A DNA stretch of 64,000 nt from the human T2T-CHM13v2.0 reference genome, Homo sapiens. The notes under the pieces were generated by a model. It ran no database searches. It saw only the letters and a program-made list of their open reading frames with translations, and was not told the DNA's origin. The translations under genes and the position numbers were made by a program. Positions 13,426 through 26,868 of the stretch are shown piece by piece (position 1 is the stretch's first letter; every line of letters starts with the position of its first letter). The DNA lies in NCBI RefSeq assembly GCF_009914755.1, contig NC_060929.1; one strand, 5' to 3'.

Positions 13426-14137
13426 TGGGCAACACGCTGTTCTTCTTGTTATCCTTCCGTGGCTACTGTAAAGCATTTAGAGACAGTAACAAGGAGGGAG
13501 CACGTTCTTCCACCTGGGCAACACGCTGCTCTTCTTGTTATCCTTCCGTGGCTACTGTAAAGCATTTAGGGACAGTAACAAGGAGGGAGCACGTTCTTCC
13601 ACCTGGGCAACACGCTGCTCTTCTTGTTATCCTTCCGTGGCTACTGTAAAGCATTTAGGGACAGTAACAAGGAGGGAGCACGTTCTTCCACCTGGGCAAC
13701 ACGCTGTTCTTCTTGTTATCCTTCCGTGGCTACTGTAAAGCATTTAGGGACAGTAACAAGGAGGGAGCACGTTCTTCCACCTGGGCAACACGCTGTTCTT
13801 CTTGTTATCCTTCCGTGGCTACTGTGAAGCATTTAGGGACAGTAACAAGGAGGGAGCACGTTCTTCCACCTGGGCAACACGCTGTTCTTCTTGTTATCCT
13901 TCCCTGGCTACTGTAAAGCATTTAGAGAGAGTAACAAGGAGGGAGCACGTTCTTCCACCTGGGCAACACGCTGTTCTTCTTGCTATCCTTCCGTGGCTAT
14001 TGTAAAGCATTTAGAGACAGTAACAAGGAGGGAGCACGTTCTTCCACCTGGGCAACACGCTGTTCTTCTTGCTATCCTTCCGTGGCTATTGTAAAGCATT
14101 TAGAGACAGTAATAAGGAGGCAGCACGTTCTTCCACC
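13426..14137 (+). repeat. 89-bp VNTR, 8 copies, at the retrocopy 5' junction
   Basis: Units start at 13426, 13515, 13604, 13693, 13782, 13871, 13960 and 14049. Confidence 0.95.
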
Positions 14138-16775
14138 TTCTGGGTGCTGCTGAGCATCTTTCTGGGAGCAGTGGCCATGCTGTGCAAAGAGAAAGGGATC
14201 ACCGTGCTGGGTTGGAACGTGGTGTTTGACATCTTGGTGAGAGGCAAATTCAATGTTCTGGAAATTGTCCAGAAGGTACCACATAAGGACAAGTCATGAG
14301 AGAATCTTGGCATGCTCAGGAACCGGGACTCCTCTTCAGAATGACCCTGCTCGCCTCCGGAGGGGCTGGGATGCTCTCCGTGCGCTGGAGGATCATAGGC
14401 CCGGGCCCGCCGGCCTTCACCGAGGAGGACAACTGGGCCTCCTTTGCTGACCGCGTGCTGGCGAGGGCCATAAACGACAATTACTCCTATTCATTGAATG
14501 CCTGGCTGCTGCTGCTGCGTCCCTGGTGGCTGTGTTTTGATTGGTCAGTGGGCTGCAGCCCCCTCATGAAGTCCCTCAGCGACTGGAGGGTAACTGCATT
14601 TGCAGCGCTCTGGTTCCGCCCAGTTGGCCTCATACGCCAAGCCCTGTGCTCTGCAGACGGCCACCAGAGAAGGATCCTTACTCTGCGCCTGGGATTGCTC
14701 GTTATCCCGTTTCTCCCCGCAAGTAACCTGTTCTTCCGAGCGGGCTTCGTGGTCCCGAGCGTGGGGTGCTGTGTGATGCTGCTTTTTGGATTCGGAGCCT
14801 GCGCAAACACACCGAGAAAAAGAAGCTCATCGCTGCCGTGGTGCTGGGAATCCTACTCAGCAAGATGCTGAGAGGCTGAGATGCGCGGTGCGCGGCGGCG
14901 AGTGGCGGAGCGAGGGGCGGTTTTCAGAGGCGCTGTGTCTGTGTGTCCCCTCAGTGCTGAGGTTCGCTGCAACATCGGCAGAAACCTGGCTGCTAAAGGC
15001 AACCAGACGGGCGCCATCAGATACCACCGGGAAGCTGTAAGCTTAAATCCCAAGTATGTTCATGCCGTGAATAATCTTGCAAATGTCTTAAAAGAAAGGA
15101 ATGAGCTACAGGAAGCTGAGGAGCTGCTGTCTTTGGCTGTTCAAATGCAGCCAGACTTTGCTGCTGCGTGGATGAGTCTAGGCATAGCGCGGAGCAGCCT
15201 GAAACGCTTTGAAACCGCCAAGCAAAGTTACCCGACGGCGAGTAAACAGAAGGAAATACCCAGACCGTTACTACAGCCTCCGGCGTCTGCTGATCTCAAT
15301 CGCCAGGTGGACGCCTTCAATGCGTGGAGAAATGCACCGAGCTGAAACCAGCGCGCAGCCTGGCCTGGAACAACGTGGTTACACTGCTCACGACCCAGGT
15401 AGTGCAGCCCAAGCCGAGGCAGTTGGAAGAGACGCGCTGGAATTAATACCTGATGATCACTCTCTCGTGTTCTCCTTGGCAAACGTGCTGGGGAAATCCC
15501 AGAAATACAAGGAATCGGAAGCCTGACTCCTCAAGGCAATTAAAGCAAATCCAAATGCTTCAAGTTACCGTGGTAATTTGGCTGTGCTTTATCATCGCTG
15601 GGGACACCTAGACTCGGCCAAGAAACGCTATGAAGTCTCCTTGCAGCTTCACCCCACGGCATCAGGAACTAAGGAGAATGCAAATGCAACAGAAAGACGC
15701 TGATCCTTTTTCCTTCATGTTTGGAGTCTGAGTGTGTGTGTGCATGAGCATATCTTTAATAGTATGTGGTTACATTTAACCATTTAAAAGTCTCAGACAT
15801 GTGATTTTATTGATTTTTTTCGGCGCAAAAAGATGATAGCACCAGCAATATACTCTTGAATGCTTGATATGATTTTTTCATTGAAATTGTATTTTTTCAG
15901 ACAACTCAAATGTAATTCTAAAATTCCAAAATTGTCTTTTTTAATTAAACAGAAAAAGAGAAAAAAATTATCTTGAGCAACTTTTAGTAGAATTGAACGT
16001 ACATTTGGGATCTGAGCCTTGTCGTGTATGGACCAGCACTATTAAACTTCAATTATGACCAAGAAAGGATAGACTGACTCCTACAATTTGTATAAATATT
16101 GAATGTGTCTGTATGTTAGCATTTTTATTTAATGAAAAAGCAAATTAAGATTCTTGTTTTTTTAATCTCTCTTTTTTTAAAGCAATATACTGTGAACTTC
16201 GTTTGTAAGAAAATATTTATTTGTATTTTTATGTCTGGAATAGGGCAAATAATCGAACGAGGAATGGAAATTTTAACATGTAGTACAGCTACATGCTGTT
16301 CCCCACAGGAAGAAATTGACTCTTGCAGTAGTTTTGGATGCTCTGACTTGCACAATTTCAATACATAGGTGGTTATGCATAATCGATTACTATCAATAGA
16401 AAGTTCAAGCCATGCTTTAGGCAAGGGCAGGCAGCCTCACATCTTTATGTTTGTTACATCCAGGGTGAAGAGGGCAACACATCTGTGCAAGTTGCTTTTG
16501 AGTGTTTTTAACTGAAAAGCTGTTTTCCATTTTTGCTTAATGAAACTACAGAAATTACTCTATCCAGAAAATGCAAAATTTTCTCTCAAATGGAGCCACA
16601 TTTATGGTATTTTTAAGAATTGAGTTGTTCCTGCTGTTTTTTATTTGATCCAAACAATGTTTTGCTTTGTTGTTCTCTGCATGCTGTTGACCTAATGATT
16701 TATGCAATCTCTGTAATTTCTTATGCAGTAAAATTATTACACAAACTAGCAAAAAAAGAGAAAGAAAAGAAAAGA
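13437..16775 (+). pseudogene. TMTC4 processed pseudogene (5'-truncated, frameshifted, with 3'UTR and poly-A remnant)
   Basis: Frames give FWVLLSIFLGAVAMLCKE, LLFRMTLL..GPPAFTEEDN.ASFAD, PWWLCFDWS, LVIPFLPASNLFFR and TPR-like NIGRNLAAKGNQTGAIRYHREAVSLNPKYVHAVNNLANVLKERNELQEAEELLSLAVQ..SLANVLGKSQKYKESEA. Intronless; AGTAAA then an A-rich tail (~16751-16775); TSD AAAGAAATGG(GC/AG)AACACG. Confidence 0.92.
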
Positions 16776-17028
16776 AATGGAGAACACGGGGCAGCTCAGG
16801 CAGAGAACCCATCTGCGTAATAAAAGATTAGTATGGGGACTACCAGAGATTTGTGGCCTATGCAAATGGCACGCCTGGTCCACCCAGTTTTTCTCGCCCG
16901 ATGTAGATCAGACACCACCTCCTCACCAGCTCATCAGTAACACCCCCTGCATTTCACTGTGGATCCAGGAGCCCATTTTTCTGAGACCCCTCTCTGTAGC
17001 AGAGTGGTTATCTTTCTTTCACCTATTA

Positions 17029-17442
<414 letters not shown>

Positions 17443-17446
17443 TCAA

Positions 17447-17945
17447 TACACATTTGGTTTATCCATTCATCAATTGATGGACATTTATGTTGTTTCCACT
17501 TTTTGGCTATCATGAACAATGATACCATAAACAGTTGAGTACAATTCTTTACATAAACACGTTTTCAATTCTCTTGTGTATATACCGAGGACTGGAGTTG
17601 ATGGGTTGTATAGTAACCGTATGCTTAACCTTTTGGTATAGCAAAGTGAAACTTACAACATAGCAATTCCACTCATATCGTTTATATGAATGGAATTTAT
17701 ATGAAATTTACAGGAAAGGCAGATCAATACAGACAGAAACCAGATCACTGGTTGTCTAGGTTGGAGGCTGAGAGCCAGGGTTGGCTGCAGATGGGGATGC
17801 AGGAAATTTTTCTGACAAAGGAACTGTTTTAAAAGTGGATTGTGGTGATGGTTGCAGAACTGTATACAGTGACTAAAAATCATTGAGCTGTAAACTTACA
17901 ATGAGTGGATTTTATTGTATTGAACTGTGCCCCAATAAAGCTGTT
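17447..17945. mobile_element. Old L1M 3' fragments in two orientations
   Basis: TTATCCATTCATCAATTGATGGACATTT (minus) and GATTGTGGTGATGGTTGCAGAACTGT..CAATAAAGCTG (plus). Confidence 0.7.
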
Positions 17946-18689
17946 AGGGAATGCTAAACCATAAAAACAGACCCCCAAACACAGCAGCGAGGCAGTTAGT
18001 GTTTCCCAGGGATCAGCTGAGTGACCGTTGCAGTGTGCAAAATGATTCCTGTGGCCCAGAGCATAATAATGTTCACATAAGGCTTTAATGCAGCCTTGGC
18101 GGGCAGGTAACTTGCACCTTGAAACTTGAAGTTCTTGCTAGTGTTGCTTGTAATTAAGCTAAAGTAATTGTATAAATGATAAACATATGAGTAAATTTAA
18201 GGAGATGCCAAGTAAATGAAGGAGATGAGCAACCACCATGAGACTGAAGCTGGGAGGGGCGTGATGGAAGTCATCCAATCCAAAACTGCCGGAATAGAGA
18301 CCTTGCCAACAGATGAGTTTAAAAAACGAAAAGTGCATGTTACAGAAACGAAATGAGGATCCGTCATAGGATCCAGTTTATGGCCAACATGGGCGCATCC
18401 ACCCAATAGTGTGAGTCTGCAGGAGGGGCCAATGTGTGCTGCTGTGTTTTGTGTGTAATGTGCAAAGTCCTGGTCCTTGAGGAGATGGGGGCACTGGCTT
18501 TTATTTTCTACAGCTGTCTTCTATAATCTAAGGAGAGAAAAGCTTCTGTTGATGAGCACGCGGGGCTGCAGGAGGGTCGTGGTGTTGAGCGTGCTGGCCC
18601 TCTGCAGGGGCCGCCTGGGCAGGTCAGCTCCTCCGTTGGCTCTCAGAGTTTGAGTTTCACAACCCCTGGAGGTCCTGGTTCCTCCTGTA

Positions 18690-18870
18690 GAATGGCTCTG
18701 TCCAAATTTCCTCTTATAAGGACACCAGTCAAATTGGATTTGGGCCCACCCTAGTGACCTCATTTTTGTATAATCACCTCTTTAAAGACCCTATCTCCAA
18801 AAACAGTCACATTTTGAGGTCCTAGTGGTTGGAGCTCTAAGATATGAATTTTGAGGGGGACGCACTTCAG
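18690..18870. mobile_element. MLT1-like MaLR LTR fragment
   Basis: CTCTTATAAGGACACCAGTC..GGATTTGGGCCCACCCTAGTGACCTCATTTT. Confidence 0.75.
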
Positions 18871-19524
18871 CGCTAGCAATGTCTTTCAGGCCTCAGGACT
18901 CCAGCTGAGCAGCGAGGCAGAGTCCAGATGGCAAAGGGAGGCTCTGGAGGGTTTCACAAATGGGACCATCCTGTGCCACTTTAGGCAAAAGGTGGAAGGA
19001 AGTGATCTTCTGGGGCTGCTTGGCTGGTTGTTCCAATGAATCCAGGAGAAGCAACCAGGTTAGCTTTGCCTTTGCCCTTTGGAAATCCATTTGGATTCAG
19101 TTCCAGTGTTGCATGGGCCTGGAGGCTGTGCCAACGTGGGTCCAGGGCACAGTTTAGGGACCTGCTCTGTGACCACAGGCCAGCCATTCCCATCTCTGAG
19201 CCTGTTTCACATCAACAAAATGAGAGGGTGAATTAAATGATCTCTAAGGTCCCTGCTCACCTGCAGTCACAGAGCAGGTCTGGGATTCCATCTGGCAGCG
19301 TGCAGCTGTGGAGTGGGCGGGCTCTGTGCCGAGGTCATCCTTGCAGTGTCCACAGCAAGTGAGGTGGGCTCAGTTCTTCAAAGGTGCTGATGGCTGATGT
19401 GGGAAGGCAACGGTGTAGATGCCTTTTTCTCCTTGCGCCTCTGTAACCAGGTGGAGATAGCAGTGGGATGTTCTAGTCCCTAATGTCACAAATGCGAAGT
19501 AATGAAGGAAAAAGCGGAAGGAGC

Positions 19525-19571
19525 CGTTTCTGCCTGGTTTTGAACCGGGAACCTTTTGCGTGTGAGGCGAC
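19525..19571 (-). pseudogene. Truncated, degenerate tRNA-Val(CAC) (3' ~47 nt only)
   Basis: CGTTTCTGCCTGGTTTTGAACCGGGAACCTTTTGCGTGTGAGGCGA aligns to 2290-2335; the adjacent 19347-19524 aligns to the tRNA flank at 2108-2289. Confidence 0.88.
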
Positions 19572-19808
19572 ATGGGACTTTGTAATACTTGCTTCCCTTT
19601 TGTGTATGCTTAAAGTTTTCTATAATAATGGTTTAAAATATTCACAGGCAAGTTTTTTTTTTTTCCAACTTCCTTACCAAATCCTTTCCCATCAAGTTGT
19701 TCATTCAACTTATGGGGAGATTTTGCATCATACATGTGACAAATCTTCATTCCAATCAGGTGGTCAGTGTTTCCTGCCTGTGTGAATATGAAAACTTGCT
19801 TTAAGCTA

Positions 19809-19973
<165 letters not shown>

Positions 19974-20590
19974 TCAGCCGGGGAGGATGGCTCACACTTC
20001 TCATCCTGTAATTTGTTTGTTTGTCTGTTTTTGAGACAGGGTTACGCTTTGTTACCCAGGCTGGAGTGCAGTGGCACAAAACCAGAATACTGCTTATCAG
20101 ACAACTGTTTTCTCATTAAGACTCCTCACATCTGATGCCCACCAAGCCACTTCCAACTTCTCAAATCCAGATCCTAACACTCATACACATCTACCCTTGA
20201 TCTTCCACTTCTGAAATACTGCAGAACGTGGTCATGGTGGTGTTTACCTTTACTGCATAAGGAATAAACTTGGCCTTGTTTGATCAGCAGGTTTTCCAGG
20301 TGGACTTTTTTTTTGAAAAAGTTAATAGAGAATAATTTTAATTCCTAAAAGCTTTGAATATTTTTTCTTCTCCTATGCATGGTTGCTCTAGTAGATGATC
20401 ACAGATGCATTTGGGTGAAGGTTGAGAAGACTTACAGTATATATTCATTTAAAAATAATTCTAAAATTAATTATTGCCCATGACCCAGATGGAAAATTAC
20501 TGTGCATTATTGTGCAGTTAATCAGACGGTGACTCAAACCACAGTGGCTGTTACAGATGTGCTCATCCTTAGTGGAACAAAGCAGCATAG

Positions 20591-20917
<327 letters not shown>

Positions 20918-21099
20918 GTATGCACTTATTGACATGAAAAACTATTTTTCCTCTGTAACAAGTTGTAAGGCCCACAAAAAGCAGCTGTGTGCATTCCAGG
21001 ACCACAACAGTGCGTCTCAACAATCTTGCCTCAGGACTCCATCGTTTCTCCTCCTGCGCAATATAATCCACAGAGATCTTAATCATCTTAACATGCCAT

Positions 21100-21660
21100 A
21101 GAACACCATGCTTTGTGGAACAACTCAGATGCTTGCTCAGTGGACTATGGACAAAGTGGTTGCGGTTGTAGGGACAGAGGTTATCCACAGGTGCACCAAC
21201 ACGGATGGGTCCTCACCAAGCTGACCTGGTTACCACTACCACTGAGTGGCCAACCTTCCATCAGCAGAAACTCATTCTGGGCCCCAACATGGCACCTTTC
21301 CTTTTGCTACTAGCCTCCTAGAAGCAGGCTTTTATATTGGATCCCTTTTGTCATGAACGGCATAGCAATTTGACCTCACTGCGATAGACACCTTTTCTAG
21401 ATTTGAATTTGCCTTCCCTGCCCACGCACATCTGACAGCACCGCCATCTATGTGCAGAATGCCTCAGATACCCCAGAGTGTTCTGCACAGCATCTCTTCT
21501 GATCAAGGAACTTGTTTTCTAGCAGAAGAAGGGCAGTGATGGGCTTATGTCTGTGGAGCTGACAGGTCCTGTGTTAGTCCATCGCCCGGAAGCAGGTGTT
21601 CTCATTACGATACCAACTCTTTTACAGTGTCAGTTCAGAAGCAAGACCCTGGAAAGACGG
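21100..21660 (+). mobile_element. ERVL-type pol/integrase relic
   Basis: Degenerate translation resembles ERVL integrase (QSG.G.RD.GY..QHG..LTK.DL, YIG.L, IDT.S.FEFAFPA, SI.SDQGT.F, PEAG). Confidence 0.7.
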
Positions 21661-21828
21661 GGGCAAAGGACATAGGGAATCCAAAGTGAAGAAGAAGGTT
21701 CTAAATACCAATGATGTCTTCATGATCAATTGCCATGTTGGGGTGTGTGTGCGTGTGTCCCTGTGTGGAAGCTAATTTGTCCTCTCCCCCTCCTCTTATT
21801 GCTTTACATACCCCTGGTGGTGGAGGCT

Positions 21829-21922
21829 ACCGTTCAGTCAAGATCGTGACTGTACATGAGGGATGACAGTGCCCACCGTTCAGTCAAGACCGTGACTGTA
21901 CATGAGGGATGACAGTGCCCAC
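21829..21922. repeat. 46-bp tandem duplication (2 copies)
   Basis: ACCGTTCAGTCAAGA(T/C)CGTGACTGTACATGAGGGATGACAGTGCCC repeated with one mismatch. Confidence 0.95.
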
Positions 21923-23269
21923 AGGCGGTGCCACGGCTGCCAAAGGGCAGCGTGTGTGGACGCGGACACATTCTTAGGAAAAGCAAAATGTCCCTGCTGT
22001 TTAGTGGAAGTTCAGCTGTGAGTGAAATGCTGTGTGGACACTGAATGGCCACAGGAGGGACCTGCACCCGCTTTTAAGCAGTTGCCTCAGCCTGCAGCCC
22101 ACACTCCTGTCATCTGAATTGTGTTGCTAGGGCTGATTTGCTGTCGGGGCCCATCAGTCTCCGCCAGGAGGACACTAGAAGGAGGCTGTCAGCCAGCAGG
22201 AGCGGAAAGAAACCAATCCTCATGACTTCCTGTTTTTTCCTGTCAAAATCGTCCCAGCAATGTTTCTTCATCCTGGAAGTTGGCTCCATGCTGCAGATTT
22301 TACTTTCACACTTCCGCACTCGTCTCATCCTGCCCTTAGAAAAACACGCAGCAGCCGACTGGCCCCCAAGCGTCAGCAGCCGGGACCTGAGGCCCTCTCT
22401 GAACACCTAGAGTGTCAGGAGCAACCACACAGCAGCTGCTCCTCGGAAGCCTGGGCCCAGCTTTGGAGGCCGCTTCTTCTCCCCCGCCGGCCCCCGTGCT
22501 CCGGGGGTACCACAAGGCAGGGCCAGGCAGCCCTCCAAGGTCAGGGAGATGCTTCTCCAGGGCCTCTGCTGAGCTCGGGATGCCATGGTCACTGCCTGCC
22601 CCCAGATGTTTGAGCTCCAAGGATCCCTAGTGTTCTTGTTTTGGCCATTCAGTTCTCCAACATCTGGTTAGCAATTTTGTTTAATTTTTGTGTTTTTTTA
22701 GACACGGGGTCTCGCTCTGTCACCCAGGCTAGAGTGCAGTCAGTGGTGCAGTTCTCTTACTGTAGCCTTGAACTCCTGGGCTCAAGCCGTCCTCCCTCCT
22801 TAGCCTCCCGAGTAGCTCGGACTGCAGTAGCTAGGACCAGGCTGGTCTTGTACTCCTGGCCTCAAGTGATCCCTCTGCCTCAGCCTCTCAAAGGGCTGGC
22901 ATTACAGGTGTGAGCCACCGTGCCTGGCCAGCAATTCTTTATGTTAAACTTTCTCTTAAAATAACTGACGTGATTTTGTTCCTAAATGGACCCTGACTGA
23001 TATATAAGTTTCAAAATAATGGCTCAGTTTATCTCCTTATTTCTTTTCCAGTCTTCATGCTCCAAGAGAGATACAGTTTTAAACCGTTAAAGAACTTGAA
23101 GTGCTAAAATGAATCACAGCTGCCACAGCAAACTTGACATGTGAACAGTGCTTTTAAAATGCTTCCATTTATATTACCTCACTTGATGCTCTCTTCTTGC
23201 ATTCATTCAATAATGTTTTATTGGGCAACTGCTACTTATAAGGCACAGGGTCTGGTACTGGTAATACAC

Positions 23270-23719
23270 TGTGAACCCCCAACCTTTGAGACAGATATCA
23301 GTTAATTTAGAAAGTTTATTTTGTCAAGGTTGAGGACGTGCACCCGTGACGCGGCCCTCCGGAGGTCCTGACGACACGTGCCCAAGGTGGTCAGGGCACG
23401 CTTGGTTTTATACATTTTAGGGAGACATGAGACATCAATCAATGTATGTAAGAAATACACTGGTTCCATCCAGAAAGGCGGGGACAGCTCGAAGCAGGGA
23501 GGGGGCTTCCAGGTCACAGGTAGGTGAGAGACAAATGGTTGCAGTCTTTTGAGTTTCCGATGAGACATTCCAAAGGAGTCAATCAGAAGCTGCATCGATC
23601 TCAGTGAGCAGAGGGCTGACTTTGAAAGAATGGGAGGCAGGTTTGCCCTGAGCAGTTCCCACCTTGACTTTTCCCTTTATCCTCGTGATTTTGGGGGCCC
23701 AAGATATCCTCCTTTCATA
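23270..23719 (-). mobile_element. MER4A-family solo LTR
   Basis: Reverse complement of the LTRs at 43028 and 46967; 4-bp TSD ACAC/ACAC. Confidence 0.85.
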
Positions 23720-24390
23720 ACACACACAAAAAAACAAGATATTCCCCCCACGAGGATAACTACTAAACTGCAGGGATTTATTTTTATTACTTAAAGGAGG
23801 TTTTATAAAGCCTCTAATTGAACATAGAAAAAGGCAAAGAACTGTCCAAAAAGAGTTATAGGGACTCAATTTCTGCCATTTAGAAAGTTTCCACTTAAGA
23901 TATCCACATTTGTTAGTCTAAGTCATCAATTAAATAATTTAGAAAGAATAGAAAAGGAACAGGAACCTAGAACTTAGTAAGCATCCAATAAAAGACAGCT
24001 ATTACCAAGAAGAATTAAGAAATATAGCACTAAAGGGCAGAAAAACACAAAAAATAAAATAAAGAAAATAAAAAATAGAGTAAATTTAGTCCAAGGATGT
24101 CATAAACAATCAACAATGACAATAATAGCAGCCGTTGCTTCTTCATGGAGCTTTAGATTGACACATTGTGATCTTTACAAAATCCCTCAGAGCACGAGTG
24201 TCCTGATTATCTTTTTTTCCTTTTTTTTTGGTACAGAAATGTTCATAATGGCTTTTCTCATGATGGCCAAAACCTATAAACCATCCAATGACCATCAACA
24301 GGTGAATGGAAACAGACACTCACAAAGGTTGAGTGACTTCCCAATGTGACACAGGCAAGAAGGGGCACAGCAGGCACCAGACTCTGGGGT

Positions 24391-25338
24391 TCAGTGCTGG
24401 CTGCCAATCCTGCAGCGGTCCAGCCCCTTCCTCAGTGCCCCCATCACCTCCCCATTCCTCAAGCTGTAAATGAGGGGGTTCAGCATGGGAGTAAGGACTG
24501 TGTAGAAGATAGAGGCCACCTTGTCATGGCTAGGGGCCCGGTAGCGCCTAGGCCTCAGGTACATGAACATGGCTGCCCCATAGAAGAGGGTGACAGCTGT
24601 TAGGTGGGAGGAGCAGGTGGCCAGGGCTTTTTTCCAGGCCTGAGCAGAGCGTATTCGGAGCACAGCCCCTAGGATGCAAGCATAGGAGGCCATGATGATG
24701 GAGAAGGGAAGGAGAAGCATGAAGACACAGCAAGCAAAGAGGAGGGTGTCAAAAAGGGAAGTGTCTGCACAGGCCAGCTTCAATAAAGCTTGTACCTCAC
24801 AGAAAAAGTGATCCACGCTCCTTGAGCCACAGTAAGGTAAGCCCATGGCTGCCACCATCTGAATCACTCCATCTATTATCCCAAAGGCCCAGGAGCTCCC
24901 AGTAATCTGGAGACAGACCCTCTGATTCATGAGGATGGGATAGTGAAGTGGGTGGCTAACGGCCACGTAGCGGTCATAAGCCATGAGTCCCAGCAAGAGC
25001 CCCTCAGATCCCACAAGAGAGACAAAAAAGCCAATTTGTATGCCACAGCCCACAAAGGAGATGGACTTCCTGCCAGACAGGAAGTTGGCTGCCATCTTTG
25101 GCACAATGTTACAGACCAACATGAGGTCCATGAGGGAGAGCTGGCTGAGGAAGAAGTACATGGGGGTGTGAAGTCCAGCGTCCAGGTAGATGAGGAAGAT
25201 GAGGAGGACATTCCCACAGAGGGCCACTGTGAAGACCACCATAACTGCAGAGAAGAGGACAAGGTCAGTCTGGCTGTGGGAAAAGATGCCCAAGAGGAAG
25301 AAGCCATCTGTGTAGGACTGGTTCACCCATCTTCCCAT
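24391..25338 (-). CDS. OR2V1: Olfactory receptor 2V1 (class II OR, 315 aa, intact)
   Basis: OR motifs LHTPMYFFL, MAYDRYVAVSHPLHY, HFFCE, KALATCSSHL, PMLNPLIYSLRN; splice acceptor TTCTCAG|GTGAC at 25360/25359. Confidence 0.96.
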   Translation of the reverse strand: MGRWVNQSYTDGFFLLGIFSHSQTDLVLFSAVMVVFTVALCGNVLLIFLIYLDAGLHTPMYFFLSQLSLMDLMLVCNIVPKMAANFLSGRKSISFVGCGIQIGFFVSLVGSEGLLLGLMAYDRYVAVSHPLHYPILMNQRVCLQITGSSWAFGIIDGVIQMVAAMGLPYCGSRSVDHFFCEVQALLKLACADTSLFDTLLFACCVFMLLLPFSIIMASYACILGAVLRIRSAQAWKKALATCSSHLTAVTLFYGAAMFMYLRPRRYRAPSHDKVASIFYTVLTPMLNPLIYSLRNGEVMGALRKGLDRCRIGSQH

Positions 25339-25721
25339 GGCTTAGTTGTTCACTGTCACCTGAGAACATAAGAGAAATTATAAGATTGAGTGACATGTCT
25401 CTATTGTGCTCCAAATTCTTCAGTTCAACAGCGTATGCTCTGAGACATGCAGGAGGACACTCGTATTCCTGTGACACAGGTGACAGGACCTCTGCCAGCT
25501 CTGGAATTGGACTACACATCTGTATTTGTGCATATCCATACCCAGAGAGTGGACATAGGATCATTTCATGAGACCCAGGACTGTTGGACAATTCTCTTTT
25601 GGCCAGCAAAGCCCAGGCTTTCCACATGGCACTGCCTCTTAGCTGGGGTCACATGGATTTGGTCAACTGTCTCTAACATGCCTTGGTCTATTTCATGCCT
25701 GAGAGATCATTACATGTGTTA

Positions 25722-26046
<325 letters not shown>

Positions 26047-26446
26047 TCATGGCAACGTGAGATGTTCTTTAGTCTTTACTTTGTTCAGGTCAAAAATCCT
26101 GGGACCATTTTCAACTTCTCTATTTCTTTAATTCCCTAGGTCCAAACCATCAGAAAAGCCCCTTGGCCCATACCCTCAGTGTTTCTCAGAATCTAATTCG
26201 CTTTTCCCACCTCCACCAAAACTACCCTGGTCCCAGCCACCCTCCTTTTTCTGATAGGTTATTGTAGCCTCTTCCCTGGTCTCCCAGCTTCTATCCTTGA
26301 ACTCTTGAGTCTATTGTCACAGCATTTGCAGAGAGTCTGCTAAGATGTAAAGCATTTGTGTAACTTTCCTAGTGAAAGTAGGTCAATGACATCCCAAATT
26401 ACTCCAAATAAAGCCCAGTTCTTACAGTGGCAAGCAAAGCCCTACA

Positions 26447-26447
26447 T

Positions 26448-26489
<42 letters not shown>

Positions 26490-26868
26490 ACACACAGACA
26501 GACACTAATACACACATAGACACACACACAGACAGACATATAGACACACACACAGACACATGGAAATACACAGACACACACATATACACATGAAAATACA
26601 CATGCAGAAACACATAGATACACGGAGTCACACACACAGCCATATAAACAAAGACACACACACAGATACACACCCAGAGACATACAGACATGGAAAGATA
26701 TGCACAGACACGCACAGAAACACATAAGCACACATACATCCATATACAGAAACACAGAGACATACACACACACACACAGAGTCATACACAAATACAGACA
26801 TATACACAGACACACATAGACACAGTTACACACCCAGACACATGGACACACGGAAATACACACACACC
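26447..26868. repeat. (CA)n microsatellite followed by a degenerate CA-rich tract
   Basis: Directly visible. Confidence 0.95.

Noticed and set aside
13426-14137. CRISPR-like array or a family of 67-aa peptide genes
   Set aside because: Head-to-tail tandem repeat with no unique spacers, in mammalian DNA; the ORFs are repeat-phase artefacts.
14296-15526. Functional membrane or TPR protein gene
   Set aside because: Frameshifted, intronless TMTC4 fragments with poly-A and TSD, i.e. a processed pseudogene.
23270-23719. MER4 solo LTR as the OR2V1 polyadenylation donor
   Set aside because: It is co-oriented and has AATAAA (23320-23315), but non-LTR AATAAA hexamers occur earlier on the minus strand (~23788-23777); not supportable without transcript data.
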